Shown here piece after piece: positions 60,801 to 64,000 of a stretch of 64,000 nucleotides of DNA. Location: assembly GCA_021824345.1 (NCBI GenBank), contig JAKAKW010000006.1, positions 10,257 to 74,256 on the forward strand, read 5' to 3'. The translations under genes and the position numbers were made by a program. Within the stretch, counting starts at the first letter, position 1. Each line of letters opens with the position of its first letter. Under the pieces are notes generated by a model, which saw only the letters and a list, made by a program, of their open reading frames with translations, ran no database searches and was not told the origin of the DNA. The stretch is from a bacterium (GTDB taxonomy: Bacteria; Patescibacteriota; Minisyncoccia; Phycocordibacterales; UBA9973).

Positions 60801-61565
60801 ATGATTTCAAAGAAAGAAGAAAAGAAATTAGCAATCGCATTAAGAAAAGAAGGTAAAACATATTCGGAGATATTGTCTGCTGTACCGGTTTGTAAATCCA
60901 CCTTATCCTTGTGGCTTCAATCTGTGCGTCTCGCGAAGAAGCAAAAACAGAGGATCACTGTGGCAAGAGTAGCCGGGCAGAAAAAGGGCGCAGAGGTAAG
61001 GAGAAGGCAAAGGATTGAAAGACAACAAAAGATTTATGCTGTTTCCAAGCTGGACATTAGTAGTATAACTGCTTAAGAGCTTTTCTTAATGGGCGTTTGT
61101 TTATACTGGGCAGAAGGTTCAAAAGAGAAGAGACAAAAGCCGGGACAAAAATTTGTATTTTGCAATATGGATCCTCGTATGATTCAAATAATGATTGTTT
61201 GGCTTTTGAGAGTGTGCAACATTGATAGAAGTATGATATTCTTCTCCATATATCTTCACGAAAATCATAAGGATAGACTAAAAGAAGTGGAGAAATATTG
61301 GTCGAAAATTACAGGTTTTTCATCGAGTAATTTTAAAAAAACTCTGTGGAAAAAGCACACTACTAAAACAAAAAGGACTAATATATCAGAAAGATATTTC
61401 GGATTATTGCGAATTGAAGTTAAGGCAAGTAATAAACTTGTTAGAAAAATTACCGGTTGGTTTGATGGCATATCTGAAAAAATAATTGGGGGATCGTCTA
61501 ACGGCAGGACATCGGGTTTTGGTCCCGAGAATTTAGGTCCGAATCCTAATCCCCCAGCAGCCTGA
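60801..61565 (+). pseudogene. HTH + LAGLIDADG-like ('LYWAEG') protein interrupted by one in-frame TAA (61074-61076)
   Basis: ORFs 60801-61076 and 61089-61565 share a frame. LRKEGKTYSEI..KSTLSLW HTH and LYWAEGSK; the 3' end runs through tRNA-Gln. Confidence 0.7.
61487..61557 (+). tRNA. tRNA-Gln(TTG)
   Basis: TGGGGGA/TCCCCCA acceptor stem; TCGGG-TTTTGGT-CCCGA anticodon arm. Confidence 0.93.
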
Positions 61566-61591
61566 AGAATTTTTTGTTATATAATCAGCTC

Positions 61592-62032
61592 ATGAGGGAA
61601 AACGCAAAAATCGGCAAATCTGGCGACGGCAGGGAAATGCATTATTCCGCAGGAGTTATTATCGTCTGCGACGGCAAATATTTACTGCTTGAAAGGAAAT
61701 ATCCTCCGCCCGGTTTTGCCTGTCCGGCGGGGCATATTGATAAAGGAGAGGAATCAAAAGAAACCGCCTTGCGGGAATTAAGGGAGGAAACCGGCATAGA
61801 ATTGAACGATATTGAATTTATATGCGAGGAAGAAATAAATCCGGACAAAATCTCGCAATGCCAAAATCTTCCCCATTATTGGTATCTTTTCCGCGCTTCG
61901 GTTGATTCAGAAGATGTGACAATTCAACAGGATGAAGTAAAGTCATTTACCTGGCGCACTCCGAAGGAAATGGGGGATATTCAATTGGAAGAAGTATGGA
62001 CGCATTGGTTCAAAAAACTCGGAATAATTTAA
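61592..62032 (+). CDS. NUDIX hydrolase
   Basis: PAGHIDKGE..ALRELREETG Nudix box. Confidence 0.9.
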   Translation: MRENAKIGKSGDGREMHYSAGVIIVCDGKYLLLERKYPPPGFACPAGHIDKGEESKETALRELREETGIELNDIEFICEEEINPDKISQCQNLPHYWYLFRASVDSEDVTIQQDEVKSFTWRTPKEMGDIQLEEVWTHWFKKLGII

Positions 62033-62064
62033 AGGTAATATGATATATATGATATAATCGTCAT

Positions 62065-62793
62065 ATGCTTAAAGTCCTGTTTGACAATCTATCGGATAAC
62101 GATAAGAACAACGCCATAGCGAATATTATAGAGCACGCGACTCCGCGCTTGGATTTTTTCGTGATGATGATGCTTTCGGTGGCAATGGCCGCTTTCGGCA
62201 TTCTACTCAACAGCGTTGTGATATTGATCGGCAGCATGCTTATTGCGCCGCTTTTGTATCCGGTCCTTTCCCTCGGCCTCGGCATTATCACCGCGGACGG
62301 AAAACTCATGGGCCATTCTTTTTATACAATTTTAAAATCTTCCCTGCTTGCCATCATCGCCAGCTTCGTTATAGGCCTTCTTTTTTCCGGAAGCGGAAGC
62401 GCTGATTTCATACCATATCTCGCCTCCGGCAGTTCGTCGCTTCTAATGTATGTGATAATCGCGGCCATAGCCGGATTCGCCGCCGCATTGGCTGTTGCCA
62501 AGCCATACTTGAACGAAACTTTGCCGGGAGTGGCAATTTCCGTGGCCCTAGTGCCGCCGCTTGCTGTAATGGGAGTCGGACTTTCCACCCTGAAATGGAC
62601 CATGTTTAGCGACGCTCTGCTTATATTTATTGTAAACATTATCGGCATTATGTTTTCTTCCATGATAGTGTTTTCCCTGTTTAAATTTTCAAGAAAGAGA
62701 AAAGTAACAGAGGAAGCTGTGAAGGAGGAGGAAAAAGTGATAAAAAAAGAAAGCAAAGAGAAGGAAATAGGAAAAAATGCCCCCAATAACTGA
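62065..62793 (+). CDS. DUF389/TIGR00341 family membrane protein
   Basis: IGSMLIAPLL and PGVAISVALVPPL. Confidence 0.88.
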   Translation: MLKVLFDNLSDNDKNNAIANIIEHATPRLDFFVMMMLSVAMAAFGILLNSVVILIGSMLIAPLLYPVLSLGLGIITADGKLMGHSFYTILKSSLLAIIASFVIGLLFSGSGSADFIPYLASGSSSLLMYVIIAAIAGFAAALAVAKPYLNETLPGVAISVALVPPLAVMGVGLSTLKWTMFSDALLIFIVNIIGIMFSSMIVFSLFKFSRKRKVTEEAVKEEEKVIKKESKEKEIGKNAPNN

Positions 62794-63193
62794 AATTGCC
62801 CCGCAGAACAATATTCAATCCCAGAGCCCTGTCGAACAAAAGGTTCCCGGGACTTGTCCCGTGTGCCATTTGCCCGTGCAGTCCTCATATTATTTTTGCC
62901 CAAATTGCGGAGCAAAGCTGAATATGGCTCCGCTTTCCATCACTTCTGCAACCCAGGCTTGGATATATGCGCTCAGTTTTATCCTCCCATGGACGGTTTT
63001 TATTTTTATCAAATGGTGGCCGGGAATAAAATATGCAAAATCGCATGATCCAAAGACAAAGCAAATCGGGCAGATTGCCTGGGCCATTTTGATAATCTCC
63101 ACTCTGGTTACCATTTGGTTTGCCTACGTGTGGACCCAAAATACCATAAAATCCACGATCAACAGCATCAACTCGGATATGAGCCTGCCATAG
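62777..63193 (+). CDS. Zinc-ribbon + 2TM protein
   Basis: CPVC...FCPNCG followed by two hydrophobic helices. Confidence 0.8.
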   Translation: MPPITEIAPQNNIQSQSPVEQKVPGTCPVCHLPVQSSYYFCPNCGAKLNMAPLSITSATQAWIYALSFILPWTVFIFIKWWPGIKYAKSHDPKTKQIGQIAWAILIISTLVTIWFAYVWTQNTIKSTINSINSDMSLP

Positions 63194-63206
63194 CGCCGTC
63201 CAAAAA

Positions 63207-63237
63207 GAAAATCCCCGAAACTTAATCGGGGATTTTC
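63207..63237. terminator. Bidirectional terminator hairpin
   Basis: GAAAATCCCCGA...TCGGGGATTTTC between convergent genes. Confidence 0.75.
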
Positions 63238-63251
63238 GCGCAAATCGTTCT

Positions 63252-63650
63252 TTACTGTTTTACCGCGGGTGCGGGAGCCTTGCTTCCGGATTGCGCGCCG
63301 GCGGCTGCGCCATTCGGTGTCGTCTGGAAATAATAATAGCCGGGTCCGCGCATCATGCCATAACCTCCGTCTTGCATCATGTTGTAACCGGCCCCATAAC
63401 CGTGCCATCCTCCGTAATCAGCCCTCATGATTCCCACCAGCTGTCCCAGAGCATATCCGGCCCAGAAGATGAGAATAACCACGAGGATTCTCAGGGCTAC
63501 GCCCAAAAGATAGTGATGCCGTCCATAATGGCCCCAGCAGTATCCGTGGCCGTTCATTCCGCCATGATGGCAGCCGGAACCGCACTGTCCGCACTTTTGG
63601 CAACACTGTTCGCAATTGCCGCATTCATCTTTTTTATCCATGTTTTCCAT
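63252..63650 (-). CDS. Cys/His-rich single-TM protein with Gly-Tyr-Met-rich exported tail
   Basis: CGNCEQCCQKCGQC..CHH, a TM helix and GYGMM motifs. Confidence 0.75.
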   Translation of the reverse strand: MENMDKKDECGNCEQCCQKCGQCGSGCHHGGMNGHGYCWGHYGRHHYLLGVALRILVVILIFWAGYALGQLVGIMRADYGGWHGYGAGYNMMQDGGYGMMRGPGYYYFQTTPNGAAAGAQSGSKAPAPAVKQ

Positions 63651-63781
63651 AACTAACTATTATATTTATTCTAATAAATGATTATTAATATTGACCTTGT
63701 CATATCATTATATACCCAACAAAATTGATTGCAGGCAGACGGTGTGGAAACTCAAATTTTTAATCGTGGTATAATATTTCC

Positions 63782-63943
63782 ATGCACAAGATAAAGATTG
63801 AAAACCATATGTTCGGCGGGGGCCTGTGGATGGCAGCATGGCTGTTTACAGTGGGGTACCTCCAGCTTGGATTTTGGCAGGGAGTGCTTGCCGTGCTGGT
63901 TTGGCCATATTTTCTTGGCGTTCATTTTTTCGTTCTTCCATAA
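63782..63943 (+). CDS. Small membrane protein (53 aa), not in the ORF track
   Basis: MHKIKIENHMFGGGLWMAAWLFTVGYLQLGFWQGVLAVLVWPYFLG...; TGGTATAAT lies 6 nt upstream. Confidence 0.7.
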   Translation: MHKIKIENHMFGGGLWMAAWLFTVGYLQLGFWQGVLAVLVWPYFLGVHFFVLP

Positions 63944-64000
63944 CGGCAAAAAAGACACAAAGAAATTCTTGCGCGGATTCGGCTGAACAAGTTATAATGC

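Noticed and set aside
61074-61076. Recoding, selenocysteine or an alternative genetic code at the in-frame stop
   Set aside because: The stop is TAA, which ends many normal genes here, and TGA also acts as a stop. A point mutation or sequencing error is simpler.
63798-63986. 62-aa ORF in the track
   Set aside because: It overlaps the better-supported 63782-63943 frame, which has a promoter-adjacent ATG and a coherent TM pattern.

Overview
This is a compact, housekeeping-rich bacterial chromosome segment. Its gene set suggests a Patescibacteria/CPR (Parcubacteria-like) host using code 11; that assignment is inferred from the gene families, not searched. It carries cell-wall genes (ftsI-like PBP, murF, ddl, HTH-murA, mreB, a lytic transglycosylase), a full F1Fo ATP synthase operon, and translation, replication and repair genes. 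It also has five tRNAs (Glu, Ile, Trp, Leu, Gln) and three paralogous ~580-aa Cys-rich proteins. The main accessory feature is an AT-rich ~7 kb island (3779-10756) integrated in the 3' end of tRNA-Glu and bounded by a 9-bp direct repeat. The att core lies in frame inside the large serine recombinase gene, so the integrated and excised forms would encode integrases with different C-termini. The island carries a type II R-M pair, a Zn-ribbon plus 2TM/lectin-like gene pair, and a c4/CI-like structured RNA upstream of a toxin-like peptide. Other signals: several families of palindromic intergenic elements (one pair shows covariation, one copy is inside miaA), pervasive leaderless-type promoters, a cluster of small structured units beside tRNA-Glu, and an interrupted HTH/LAGLIDADG-like gene that reads through tRNA-Gln. 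No rRNA gene or CRISPR array was seen.
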